DNA of 63,977 bases, the filler included, from Chiloscyllium plagiosum (Eukaryota): NCBI RefSeq assembly GCF_004010195.1. It is 6 parts of one record of this genome, joined end to end, with 100 filler letters (N's around TTAATTAATTAA, not from the genome) between each part and the next. Parts side by side here need not be neighbours in the genome. Positions count along the whole stretch, not along the records: positions 1 to 20,115 come from NC_057717.1; positions 20,216 to 41,615 come from NC_057717.1; 4 more parts are not named here. The stretch is one strand, 5' to 3'. Shown here in pieces: positions 13,570 to 25,139 of this stretch. A program made the translations under genes and the position numbers. The stretch's first letter is position 1, and each line of letters starts with the position of its first letter. Below the pieces are notes generated by a model, which did not search any database, was not told the DNA's origin, and saw nothing but the letters and a program-made list of their open reading frames with translations.

Positions 13570-14250
13570 GCTCACGAACAAGCAGTCTTCTCTATTGCAC
13601 GAAGCTCTGGAATTTGGGCAGTGGCACATGCCGTCCTATTAAACTCAACACCACATAACTTTACAGCATTTGAGAAACCGCAGAAATTGCATGTTAATTT
13701 GGGAATCAAATGGCTCAATGGTGCACATCGTAGTTGTAACCAACTGTTAAACACCACTCCCAGTGATCTGTCCTCACATACATCATTTCCTCTCACACCC
13801 ACTGGCAGACAAAATTTAAGCACGCAAGTTCGTCCAAACCATCCCTGCTGAGCATCTCTTATCAAACAAACAGATATGCTCAAGCCACCCATTTCCCATA
13901 TTGCATCTGTGCTCCCAATTGGAAAAAGCTGCTCGAGGAAGATCCACCAACAATTTCACTTTACATCAAAAAATAGGAAACAACAGGTGTCACTAAGAGG
14001 TGTTTTTTTACAAAACACATCTGATTGATAGCAAGTTTTGAAATACCACAGCAAGAGTGTTGTCCTCCTAAACACTTTCGAGATAAGCAAGGGCCATTTG
14101 TCAGCCCAACTCCATCAATGTGGCCTCAGTGCAAATCCATTCTGCACAGTACAGAGACTCATACAATGCAACACATTCATAAGGGGCCTCCTAACGGACA
14201 AACTATTCGCTTTAAACTCAGCAAGTAAGGACACTATCGTCTGGCATCAG
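13570..14250 (+). mobile_element. Decayed 3' fragment of an Ingi/Vingi-like (I-group) LINE
   Basis: Frameshifted remnants FEIPQQE..VLLN..AQLHQCGLSANPFC..HTMQHI resemble the C-terminal GFDLPR..LNR.RTG..LHKWG..C.CG..QTM.HI zinc-knuckle region of this group, as recalled. Confidence 0.5.
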
Positions 14251-14699
14251 ATTTAANNNNNNNNNNNNNNNNNNNNNNNNNNNNNNNNNNNNNNNNNNNN
14301 NNNNNNNNNNNNNNNNNGAATTTATTTGCAAATTGTCTTCAAATAACATGACGTGCATTATTTCCAATATTGGCAGTCCAATCAATACCAAGAAATCTTT
14401 TGATAATGTTTTCAATGATGGTCTACATTTGGCTGAGGATATTCAGTCATTCAGTGCCTCATTTTGCAGAGCGCCTTCAGAGTTGTTCTCCTGCACATTG
14501 TTATCCGACTGTTTTAATTGTTAGTTCAATTTTACAACTCAGTTGGGAAATTCTTGCTGTGAATGAGAACTTTGGTTCAGAACCTGAAGCTGATACTGAT
14601 GAGAATAATAGCTCGAACTTCCACGAAGTAATATTTTCTCAAGATAAATAGAAAGTGAACATAAACAAATTCAGAATGTGAACTTCGTAACTCTATAAT

Positions 14700-15045
14700 G
14701 ACAGTATCACTTACAACAGAGTAGGTGCTTTGTCCCGTTGTGTTTTTTCAACTAAAATTACATTCAATCCACATGAGTCCCACTATGCAACAGTTAGCCC
14801 ATAGATGTGAATGTCATGCGATTTCAAGTGCTCATCCAAAGATTCGTTTTGAGGTTGTGAGGTTTCCCATGTCAACTACACTCTAAGGCATTGCATTGCA
14901 GGCCGCTACCAACCACTAGGTCAGAAGATTAATCCTCATATCTTATCTAAACCTCCTGCCTTTCAGCTTAAACCGAGGCCACCTCGTTGTCAGCCCTTCG
15001 ACTAAGGGCGATAAATGCTCTGTATTCACCTGTCCATGGTCCTCA
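14700..15045 (-). mobile_element. Old CR1 3' fragment
   Basis: Resembles the reverse-complemented CR1 3' ends at 6800-7130 and 15450-15800. Confidence 0.55.
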
Positions 15046-15444
15046 TAGTCTGGAAGTGGAGAGGTCTATAGAAGGGTGCACTGGGAATCCATCATCGATC
15101 TCACATTCGGCTGACTGTGGGATATTTCTTTTCGCCACACTGCCTATGCGTAGTCCCTTCGGCATCACATGAGCCTGTTTGCATGGTCTGGGCTCCGTTT
15201 CCTGACAGTCTAAAAGTGGATAGGGTGTATCATCCCTCATTTCCCAGCCGAGAAACCACAAACCACACCTCATCCCCGGACCCCAAACTGCGACAACGAC
15301 GTGGCTAATGCATTCGGGACAGGATGGGGGTAGGTGAACATACATTATAGAAGAGAGAGGGAGGAGAGGGCATTTCATTCAGAAAATAGATGGCAAGTAG
15401 TGAGAGAGAGAGAAACGCAAATCGATACTCGAGTGCGAGAATAC

Positions 15445-16632
15445 AACAGTGATGGAACATTACAGCACAGTACAGGCCCTTCAGCCCTTCATGTTGCTGC
15501 GACTTCTGAAAGCAGTCTGAAGCAATCGAACGCACACTATTCAATTTTCGTCTGAATATCTATCCAATGACTAATAAAATCCCGTGATATTTGGGGAAAT
15601 TACTACTTTTGCAGGCAGTGCGTTCGACATCCCTACTTATTTCTGAGTAAAGAATCTTTTTCTGACATCTGTCCAATGTCTACCACGCCTCATGTTAAGA
15701 ATATGTGACCTCGTGCGTGCCCCCACCATCAGAGGAAAAAGACTCACACTCTCCACACTATCTGTCCCTCTGATTATCCGATGTAACTCAATTTAGTCAC
15801 CTCTAATCCTTCTTCTCTCGAACAAAAACAGCCTCAATTCCCTCAGCCTTCCGGGGAAATCTCCTCTGAGCCCTTTGCAAATGTTCCACATCATTCCTAT
15901 AATGCACTGACCTGAATTGTTCGCAATATCCAAGCGCGGCCACATCAGAATTTTGCACAGCTGCAGCATGACCTCATGGTTCCGAAACGCAATGCCTCTA
16001 CTAATGAAAGCTAACATGCCGTATGACCTTATTAAAAAACCCTATCAACCGGGATGATAACTTTCAGGGATGTGTCTGCTCATCAACACGACCAAGATTC
16101 TTCCCATTTAACCAATGTTGTGCATTCCAGTTACTCCTTCCAAAGTGAATCACCTTACATATTTCCGCTTTCAACTCTATTTGCGTCCTTTAAGCCCAGA
16201 TTTTCAGCTTATCCATGTTCCTCCGTTTCACAAACATATAACAAACGCCGGCAAGATCCACAATTGTACAGACGTTAGTGTCATTGTCAAATTTGCTTAC
16301 CCATTCCTCTACGCCCGCATCCTCGTCATTTATAAAAATGACAAACAGCAATGGATCCAAAACGGATCCCTGCTGTCCACCACTTGAAACATGAACGCGA
16401 GGATGAACATTTCCCATCAACCACCGCCCTCTCCCTTTTCCAGCTCGCCAATTTCTGATTTAAATCGCTGAAACACCCTTTATCACACGCCTCCCTATTT
16501 TGTGCAATAGGCGACCATGGGGAACATTATCAAACGCCTTACTGAAATTCATCTAAACCACATCAGCCGTGTTACACTCGTTCACCGTTTGGTCACCTTC
16601 TCAAAGCAGTTTTGTGAGGCATGACCGACCTT
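15445..16632 (-). mobile_element. CR1 3' half (RT to tail)
   Basis: SSGGQQGSVLDPLLFVIFIND..VSKFDNDT (16190-16420) and MLAFISRGIAFRNHEVMLQL (15793-16017). Tail gaacattacagcacagtacaggccc at ~15455. Confidence 0.9.
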
Positions 16633-17829
16633 TCTTTTTTCTTTGTATTGACAATTAACAATAAAGTCTCGTTGTTGAAGTTCATAAATCCATTGATCAT
16701 AGCCACATTATTGTGCACCTATTTGTTTAACACAATTCTAAAAATGAAATCGAATGAAGACATTGTGCATGATCAAGTTAGTATTGAGACAGAGCATTTT
16801 GAAAATGTGTAATTAATTTCCCTCGAATACAAAATTTCTACACCTAATATTTTTCATGAGAGTGATTTAACAATGTCTCTAAATATACTTCACTCCAGTT
16901 ACGAGTACATTTTAAATTCGTTCTATCTAGTGTATGAATCTCACTGTCTGTATGATGCTCTACATGTGGACTGTGATAGATTGCTCTAAACAGCATATCA
17001 CTTCAGCTATTCACAAGAAGCAACGTGCTGCCTGTACAGACCCAGCTTACACTCACAAATCCTTTTGCCCAATGTCCACCATTAGTGATGACTGGACAAT
17101 ATGTTTAATGAATTCTAGTCCAGTCATGGACATGGCAGACGGGGCTGGCATGTATTGCTCATCTGTAGTGGCTGTTGGAATGTGTTGATGAGCTGTTTTC
17201 TTGAATTGGTGTTGTCCATGTACTGTACATCGACTTAAATTACCATTGTGGAGGTGGTTGAAGTAGATACTGAAGGAATGGTCTAATCTTTCCAAATCAG
17301 GATGGAAATTGGCGTGGAAGTAAACTTGCAGTGTGTCGGTATCTCATGTATCTGCTACTCTTGTCCTTCTGGATGATTGTAGGTTTGCAATGTAATGTCT
17401 AAGGAGCTTTAATGAATTTATGCAATGCATCTAGTGGTTAGTACATGTTGCGGCTCCTGATAGTCAGTGGTGAAAATAAAAGTGATGTGGTAATAATCAA
17501 GTGAACTTTTGTAAACTGAATGGTGTCTCGCTTTTTGAGTCTTGTTGTAGTTTTACTCATCTGGAGAAATGACGAATAATCCACCAAATTCCTGACCTGT
17601 GCTCTAAGAATGGTGCAAAGTCAGGAATGTGAGCTATTCGCTGCAATATTCCAGCTTTTGACCTGCTCTATTGACACTGTTCATTTACAGTTTCTGGTCA
17701 ATGAAAATCCCAATTTGTTGATAGTTGAGGATTCAGCAACAGTAATCGTAGTGAATATCAAAAAGGAGACTGATTTAAATCTTTGTTGTTGGAGATGATC
17801 ATTTTCTGGTATATATATGGTATGCACAC

Positions 17830-18546
17830 TGTGAGAAACAAAGCTCACTCACTTCAATAAATTCAGTCCGAGACAAGATCTGCATCAGTAGTGTAATTTA
17901 TTATACCCTTGCAAGAGGGTGCGATGTCCATTGTGTACAAGACAGGGACACACACACACCGAATTCACCGAATACACTATATTTATGAAATTTGGTTCCT
18001 ATTTTGTAATCCCATTGCTCCTCCCTGTTTACATCTTCCACTTCTCTAAAACTGGCACCCATTACTCCTGTTTATCTCTTGTCTTATCTGGCCTGATCTG
18101 TGATAAAATGTTTATATCTGGCCTCACAAGGTCGTTAGACCACACCCCGCTGTGGCCCATTGTTAGGTAATATCTACTCCCTCCATCTGTGCTTTCCCCA
18201 ACCATACTGATCCTTATGACCTTCTAATTGGGGAATGTTCCTGTGTTTCTGTCATAGTGGGAAACAGATTCGAATAACTACTGCTTGTGCAAGCATATCT
18301 GGCTTAACCTACATCCTCACAGCACCTTATCTATTTTTCTGTAACACCTACCATTGTGTTGCAGTCACGTTTCATTCTTGCATACAATTTTAGCTAATAC
18401 AAAAACAATTATTTATTTCCTTCACATAGTTTGCATTCTAGTTGACTCAGCAGTTGGTTGAAACAATTACACACTGGTGTGAGTTCATTTACCTTGCAGA
18501 AGTAATTATAATTGCAGAAGTAACACTACTTTACCTATATCCCACA
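17830..18546 (-). repeat. ERV 3' LTR
   Basis: tgtgagaaacaaagctc...acctatatcccaca; direct repeat of 21370-22069. Confidence 0.95.
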
Positions 18547-18564
18547 ATTTCCCCTTTTTCTTTC
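18547..18564 (-). promoter_or_regulatory. Polypurine tract
   Basis: Minus strand GAAAGAAAAAGGGGAAAT immediately precedes the TG of the 3' LTR. Confidence 0.85.
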
Positions 18565-18594
18565 ATTAACATTTGTTACTTTTGCGTTTTTCTT

Positions 18595-20339
18595 TTAAGC
18601 ATTGCTCCCAAAATTCGCACGCATCATTCCGGAGATTGCATAAGTCTTGATCTCACTCATCCCCTCATTATTTAGTCGATAAAGTTCCTCTGCCTGATTC
18701 CCTTTTAGGGGCATCTGTTTCATTAAGGCTGTCTCAATCAGTTTTTGGGTGAGCCCTCGTATACAGGGTATGATACAACAGCCATTGGCCACCAATACCC
18801 CGACTACTACTATCAGGGAAGTAAGGATGGAAACCACCACCCCCTTCCATTTTCCAAACCATGATGCACGCCACGCCGTGAGAGATGTGTCTACTACTGA
18901 ATTCGCAGCCAGTTTCTCTGCTAAGGTAGTGAATCTCCTTAAGGCCCGAGTAATTGAACCATCAGGTGCAGTGTTATTATGAATCAAGGTAAAACAACTA
19001 CTTCCTAACATCACACCCCTTTTTCTGCAAAAATTATATCAAGGGCCATTCTGTTTTCCCATGCCATCCGACTTGTCGCATCAAGCTGTTCTGTTATTCC
19101 TTTAACCGCATCTCTTGTATAATTTATAAATCACTGTTGATTGTAGAAAATGTAATTTATCCAATCTTCATTTTTATTAATTGTTACCCACCAGAAGAGA
19201 GCTAACTGAAAGCCTGCTGCAATCTGGTTGCGAGCCTTAAACTCATCAGGTATCCCTCTAGGGACTCCTACAGAATCGAGATAAATCCTGTCATCGAAAG
19301 AAGTGTCTAACAGTAATCTTTTACCCCTTTCCTTTATCCCTACTATCTTTTCCTTCTCAAATGCCAAGGTAAATGGAATTGCCAATTGTACAATTGCACA
19401 TATCACTCTCCAATCCGGAGGTAGTGTGGGTCTCGATATTTTGCCTCCACAGTTCCACCACAGATCCGCTCGGGGAACCTTTAGTGCTGAATAGTTCTCT
19501 CCCTTGTCCGTTTTGGTGACATTCTTAATCTCTGTACACAATTTCAGCTCCCCGAAATCTCTAGACCAATTTGTACCTCGTCTACGCGCACACGACGTGT
19601 GATTTCCAACTGCGGCTGAAAATGTGGGGGGGAGGGTGGCTTTAAAATTTTCTTCTCCAAGGGAGGGAACATTAGAGATAGGGAGGTACAATTCCTATCA
19701 TTCCATGCAGTCTCATCCTGGTACAGGGCTATCATACATTTCATGCCCTTCCTGTCTCACTTCCACCCGAGTGGAAAGGGAACCACCTGGGCCACTGACC
19801 TACTGGAGGCACATGCATAGCAATTGCTCTTGTTCAGACTTTTTACAGTATACTTTACTCATTCAACCCAGCCATTTGCTTCCCCGTACAGTTTCCATTT
19901 CGATGCTCTGTTTCAAGTCCTTCACCTCTATAATTTTTACTACTTTTGGATCATCGGGAGGGGTGAAAGGTTGTACTTTATTATCCAGTAGTTCTACCCG
20001 TTTTCCCTGTCCTACACTAATTCGAAAACAAGAGCCCGAGAAATCCTTCTCGTTTGGTTTCGTTTCTATCCCAAATGTTTCATCTAATTGTATCTCATAA
20101 GTGCCCCCCCACCCCNNNNNNNNNNNNNNNNNNNNNNNNNNNNNNNNNNNNNNNNNNNNTTAATTAATTAANNNNNNNNNNNNNNNNNNNNNNNNNNNNN
20201 NNNNNNNNNNNNNNNATATTAACCATAGGATTTTTTTTACTACAATCTCATGTTGAACTGAAACTTCAACTGTCCTCCATAAATCGCTTTTATGTAAGGA
20301 TAAAAGAGATTAGTTAGAAACTGACAGTAAGACAGTCAT
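18595..20339 (-). pseudogene. env: Retroviral env pseudogene (gamma-type SU/TM)
   Basis: SU has NKSNCYACA (CXXC). Furin site RGKR. TM reads YLDSVGVPRGIPDEFKARNQIAAGF..WINYIFYNQQ, an immunosuppressive-type WENRMALDII, a degraded CX6CC, a hydrophobic anchor and GCCIIPCIRGL. Several stops and frameshifts. The start at 20339 is inferred across the gap. Confidence 0.9.
20116..20215. other. Scaffold gap with TTAATTAATTAA linker (also 41616-41715, 49081-49180, 55492-55591, 59251-59350)
   Basis: The same 100-nt N-linker-N pattern occurs five times. Plain N gaps are at ~14257-14316, 52036-52535 and 61740-62239. Confidence 0.97.
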
Positions 20340-20584
20340 GACCTGAAAAAAGAACAGGAGTTATCTTTTTTTTTCATAATCACGATAGAATCCTTAACCT
20401 TAAAAGACATCATGTTAAGCTTCCATAATAAAAATCAGAGTCAAAACAATCATGGAACTCAAGCTCCAGGGAATAAAGCGCAAACATTCAATCACCAACA
20501 AACAAATGTGCATTCAAACCAAATCACAAAGGGTTAAACTTTCTACCAGCTTTACAGCCCTTTTCGTTCTCTCTCACACACCAT

Positions 20585-21055
20585 ATCTCACAGACACTTT
20601 CTGAGCTTCTCGCAACAACACTTCTGGGTGCTCCTCGCTTCACCCCTCTATCTTTTGAATATTTTTCTGAATGTCTGGCCATTATTTAGTAACAAGTGTA
20701 CCCTCAATAGCCTTTCAGCCACTTGCCCTTCCGACTTGAAGCATACTCTGATTCCTTCTGACTGTCAAACTGTTTTCCATTGACATATAAATTCAAATAT
20801 TTACAAACCCAGTCTTCGTCCGACCCGTATTTTGGCCAGAGGACGGCGGGACGAAGAATAGATTCTTTAGTCCACACAAAGCAACAATATTTAATCATCT
20901 TTTTCCCTTGTACAAGTATTATTTTTCCAATTCCACAACATACTGCCCAACGGACTTTCTGGAGGTATGTTGTAAGGGAGCCCGCCTCCATTTCCATTGC
21001 CTTTTTCTTCTTTTGTTCTCCCGGAGGCTTTTTCCTTACCAACGGCACAACCCAT
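20585..21055 (-). pseudogene. gag: gag remnant: matrix fused to the C-terminal end of capsid
   Basis: ATG 21055 gives MGCAVGK..IPPESPLGSMLWNWK; after a frameshift KKMIKYCCFVWTKE..WPKYGSDEDWVC..EYA; then at ~20730 it jumps to LLRVH/VTK*WPDIQKNIQKIEG*..LLREAQKV. Confidence 0.85.
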
Positions 21056-21350
21056 ACTGAGTTCCTTCGTTAGTCCCTTATTAACTACTAAAACTCAATC
21101 CCGGCCACCAAGGCATTACTTAAAAGTCAATTTTCTTACACTGGTCTGTGCACAGAGTTGGCTGGCTCCATTTTGCCGTATTTTCTATCGACTTCCTTTC
21201 ACTCTCTGATTCAGATGTCTCTCTTTCATGATTCGTACCAGTCGCCCAAGGGAGCGGACCAAACCGGGATATGAGACCCCTCCTCAATTGGGAACGGGAC
21301 ACGTCTTCCCAGTGTCATGGGCCAGCCACTCCCCCCGGCGATGAAAGAAC

Positions 21351-21367
21351 ATCCCGGACAGCCCCCA
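21351..21367 (-). promoter_or_regulatory. Primer binding site, tRNA-Pro type
   Basis: Minus strand TGGGGGCTGTCCGGGAT lies 2 nt after the 5' LTR. It equals the canonical Pro PBS TGGGGGCTCGTCCGGGAT minus one C. Confidence 0.9.
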
Positions 21368-21369
21368 AT

Positions 21370-22069
21370 TGTGAGAAACAAAGCTCACTCACTTCAATAA
21401 TTTCAGTCCGAGACATGATCTGAATCATTTATTTTACCCTTGCAAGAGGGTGAGATGTCCACTGTCTACAAGGTAGGGACACACCGAATTCACAGAATAC
21501 ACGATATTTATGTAATTTGGTTCCTTTTTTTATCCAATTGCTCCTCCACTTTTACATCTTTCAATTCTCTAAGACCAGTACCCATTACTCCTGTTTATCT
21601 CTTGCCTTATCCGGCCTTATCTGTGACAAAATGTTTTTTTCTGGCCTCACAAGGCCGTTTGACCACATCCCGCTGTGGCCCATTGTGAGGTAATATCTAC
21701 TCCCTCCATCTGTGCTTTCCCCAACCATACTGATCCTTATGACCTTCTAATTGGGGTTTGTTCTTGTGTTTCTGTAAAAGTGGGAAACAGATTCTAATAA
21801 CTACTGCTTGTGCAAGCATATCTGGCTTAACCTACATCCTCACAGCACCTTATCTATTTGTCTGTAACATCGACCATTGTTTTGCAGTCACGTTTCATTC
21901 TTGCATACAATTTTAGCTAATACAAAAACACTTATGTATTTCCTCCACATAGTTTGCATTCTAGTTGACTCAGCTCTTAGTTGAAACAATGACACACTGG
22001 TGTGAGTTCATTTACCTTGCAGAAGTAATTATAATTGCAGAAGTAACACTACTTTACCTATATCCCACA
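21370..22069 (-). repeat. ERV 5' LTR
   Basis: Direct repeat of 17830-18546, adjacent to the PBS. Confidence 0.95.
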
Positions 22070-23109
22070 ATGCTATTTCCCACTTTTTATCCAAAGTCTG
22101 GATGTTGTCCATGTTTCACTTTATTTGGATATGGAGTAGTTCAGTATCTGAGCAGTCGCAAATGCTGCTGAACGCTGTGCAAGCACTAGTAAACATTTCC
22201 ATTTCTGACACGATGATGGAGGGAAGTCCACTGTTGGAAATACTGAAGATGGTCAGGCCGAAGACGCTCCCTGAGGAACACCTGCAGAGATGTTCTGTAG
22301 CTATGAAGACTGACCTCTTATAACTGCACTTTCGTTCCTGTCTGCTCAGGATGACTCCAACCAGCGGAGAGTTTCCCCTGATGTCCATTGACTCCAGTTT
22401 TCCTCACGATCCATGATGCGACACTAGGCTCAGTGCAGACTTGATTTTGAGCACAGTCAGACTCACGTCACTCTGGAATTCAGCTATTTCTGTCCTTGTT
22501 GGAAGCACGGCTGTTATGAGCTCAGGAGCTGAGTACCCTTGGCGGAACCCACACTGGGCGTCAATGAGCTGTTTTCTGTCAAACAGCTGCTCCTTCATAC
22601 CACTGTTGCTCAAACTTTCATTCACATGTTTTGATCATGAACATATTAATGAGGCAGTAGTTCACTGGGTTGGCTTTGTGCTTGTTTTTCAACATAACAC
22701 ATACCTGCCAAATTTCCAAACTCTCAGTTAGATGCCAGATCTGAAGATCAGCAGAAACTACTTGACGAGATGTGCAGCATATTCCGAAGCTCTCGTCACC
22801 TGTCGCATTGCTGGAATGTCGTCATGGCCCAAGCCTTTAGCAACTTAAAGCGGCCAAGATGAATCAAAGCAAAGCATTTCTGTCTCGAGAATTTTGGGAA
22901 TGTGATTTGCCTTATGTTTGCATTGATTATCTGGGCTCTCCAATTGTTGATTATCAGCGAAGTTTTTGGAACCTCCTTCTGCAGTGAATTGTTTAATTAT
23001 TCACCATCATTCATGACTAGATGTGGAAGGACTGCGGGGCTTCGATCAATTTTTGTTTTGTGTCGTATTCTATGGTTATGTTGATCACATCTTGAGCATG
23101 CATGCGGCC

Positions 23110-23890
23110 AATGTGTGAAAACCACAGCTGGAATGTCATTGTGAAACAGACGGAGAAGGACGATAGACTTCTGCGGCATCCAAACTTGAGGAAGATATTT
23201 CAAAACTCATCTTGGCTCACAGAGACACCAAAGCCTTTGTGACATTGAAGAATGCCATGTTGAGAGATTGCTGCTGCTCACCGCACCATGCTTGGATTTT
23301 CCGTACACTGAAAATCCTGGTCATTCTACCTCATGAAAGGTGGAAGCTGCATTGAGAATCCAGTGGATCTATTCAGTCACTGGGAGGAACGATTAAGGAG
23401 ACACCTCCCAATGTCCTTTCCCAATGAGGACATTGGGAAACCTTTCTGTATGGTCGGACCTTTCTACTTTTTGAAGATGGTCACCATTACGGCATCTCTG
23501 AGGCCTTCAAGCATGCTCCCTATATTCCAACATGGGGATGTGGTCGAAGATTCCTATCAAGTTTGACTGTCTGCCATATTTTAGTATTTCACGGGGGATT
23601 CCATCTATGCCAGTCGACTTGTTTTTGTTGGGATGCATTTTTGCCTTAATGTTCGGTCGGAGGTTTACTGAGATGGTGGGGGGTACTGTCTTGTGGGATG
23701 GTGTCAGGAGCACTTGTGCCAAAAGCTGTCACTTGCGGGAGGAATCTGTCGAAGTGCTCTTGCCATGGAGCGTTGTCCGCCTCTCGGTCTTTGTGAGGGA
23801 TTCTCTGTACTTGGCATTCAGTGTGGTGCTGCCTGGGTACTCAGGCTGTCAATGGTTTTGATTGCGCTGAAGAATCACCTTACAGACCCA
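23110..23890 (-). mobile_element. RTE-clade LINE RT fragment
   Basis: NKSTGIDGIPREILKYG (23507-23722), followed by recognisable RTE-type RT blocks ending PQKSIVLLRLFHND (22997-23203 ORF). Confidence 0.75.
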
Positions 23891-25139
23891 AACTTCCAAA
23901 ATGGACACAGCTTCAAAACGAGACTGCAAGCATGCTCACGGAATGTTTAAATGTCGAGAACAGCGACTCCAGCCCACGGCTGCCTCCATCCTGGGAAACC
24001 AGTGTGGTGTTTACTCTATGCGGTTGACCAGGGAGTTGAGCTTACATTATTGTACCTTTGTGGATTTGTTCACAGCTGCCGAAGTTCTGTGCTTAGACTG
24101 AATGCGCAGGTGTATTTGGACATTTCAATGAACATGGTGGCTTTCCTCCTGAGTTTCGTTCATAAACGTCAAATGCAGTGTGAAGTAATGCTGCACTAAT
24201 ACACTCCTAATTCTTGTGTAGAATATGGAATATTTACGAGCCGTAGCCTGTCACCAAACTTTAAAGCATTTCTTAATCAATGCAGCATCTGGCTTTAAAA
24301 TAATGTCCTATGCACGAAGTACAGCGAAACGGATTTTTTTTCCATTTGGGAAACGATGGACGAAATGGGCCGAAGAGCCAGTTCCTGTGCCGTATTCCTC
24401 TTGCACCTGTGAACGAGGCTCTATTCATTAAACTTGACCTTTCAGCAATAGGAGCCATGAATAGGGACCTTTTTCACCGTTTCTATTACTTATTGTCCCA
24501 TCCTGCTAAGTTGTCCATCATCCCGGACCCAAGAAGATCACCATTCCCTTTCCTTTTCTTCGAATCCGAGCCTGTGTTGGCCGGTATTCACCAAGGCCCG
24601 GATCAGTATAACAAATTGTCTGCCTCTACGGCGATCCCACCTTCAAACACCTTCCCGTGCCAGTGCATTGATCTCCACAGTCGCTCTCTGAGAATCTACA
24701 GATTATCTCAACATAGTCACGCTGATTCCGTGATATTGATCACAAGAATTACACGTTGGTTGAAACATCACTCAAATGGTTAACAAATGTTGGAAACAGT
24801 GTCGGATGACGTTGATACCACAGATGTCGGTGATGGGGTGACTCGTTTCAAGTCACGGCTGATGTGACCTTTCCATTGCACTGCATCGTTTAAAGTGTGT
24901 ATTACTCGGAAATAATGACACGTCCTCGCACCATTTTGCAAAATTTGCAGTGTTTTCACCGCAGTGTTTTGCGAAGGTTTATGGCTCACAAATCAGCTCT
25001 GCATTTTTCACAACTGTCTGCATTTTGACCCTGCCTTCCTCTTCCAGAAAACTTGTTTTGTGATGGGTATGGCTGGATCAGGCAGCATGCTGCAATTGAA
25101 AAAAAAAAAAATTCTGCTGCAATGTATCACAATGGCAGT

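Larger units (their letters stand above)
17830..22069 (-). mobile_element. Endogenous retrovirus (gamma-like, class I) provirus, internally deleted
   Basis: Two ~700 bp direct repeats with TG..CA ends, a tRNA-Pro-like PBS, a polypurine tract, gag MA and CA remnants, and an env remnant. Contains a scaffold gap at 20116-20215. Confidence 0.95.
17100..23110 (-). mobile_element. CR1/L2-group LINE remnant split by the ERV insertion
   Basis: RT remnants GSVFGLTIFSISNSGLPSIIVSEMEMF (22116-22388) and LIDAQCGFRQGYSAPELIT (22404-22625). The 3' part lies at 17100-17829. Same family as 35115-37100, 43020-46400 and 53990-54560. Confidence 0.8.

Noticed and set aside
14370..14651. Hydrophobic 93-aa ORF as a GPCR TM6-TM7 remnant
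   Set aside because: No diagnostic TM7 motif, it lies upstream of exon 1, and the similarity is too weak.
15043..15378. 111-aa ORF and an ADCGIF protease-like motif on the opposite strand
   Set aside because: No other catalytic motifs or family signature.
18595..19691. Co-opted syncytin-like env
   Set aside because: An in-frame TGA at 19131-19133, frameshifts and a broken CX6CC show this copy is a pseudogene.
20160..20171. Palindromic TTAATTAATTAA recurring five times
   Set aside because: Always centred in a 100-nt N block; it is a six-frame-stop scaffolding linker, not biology.
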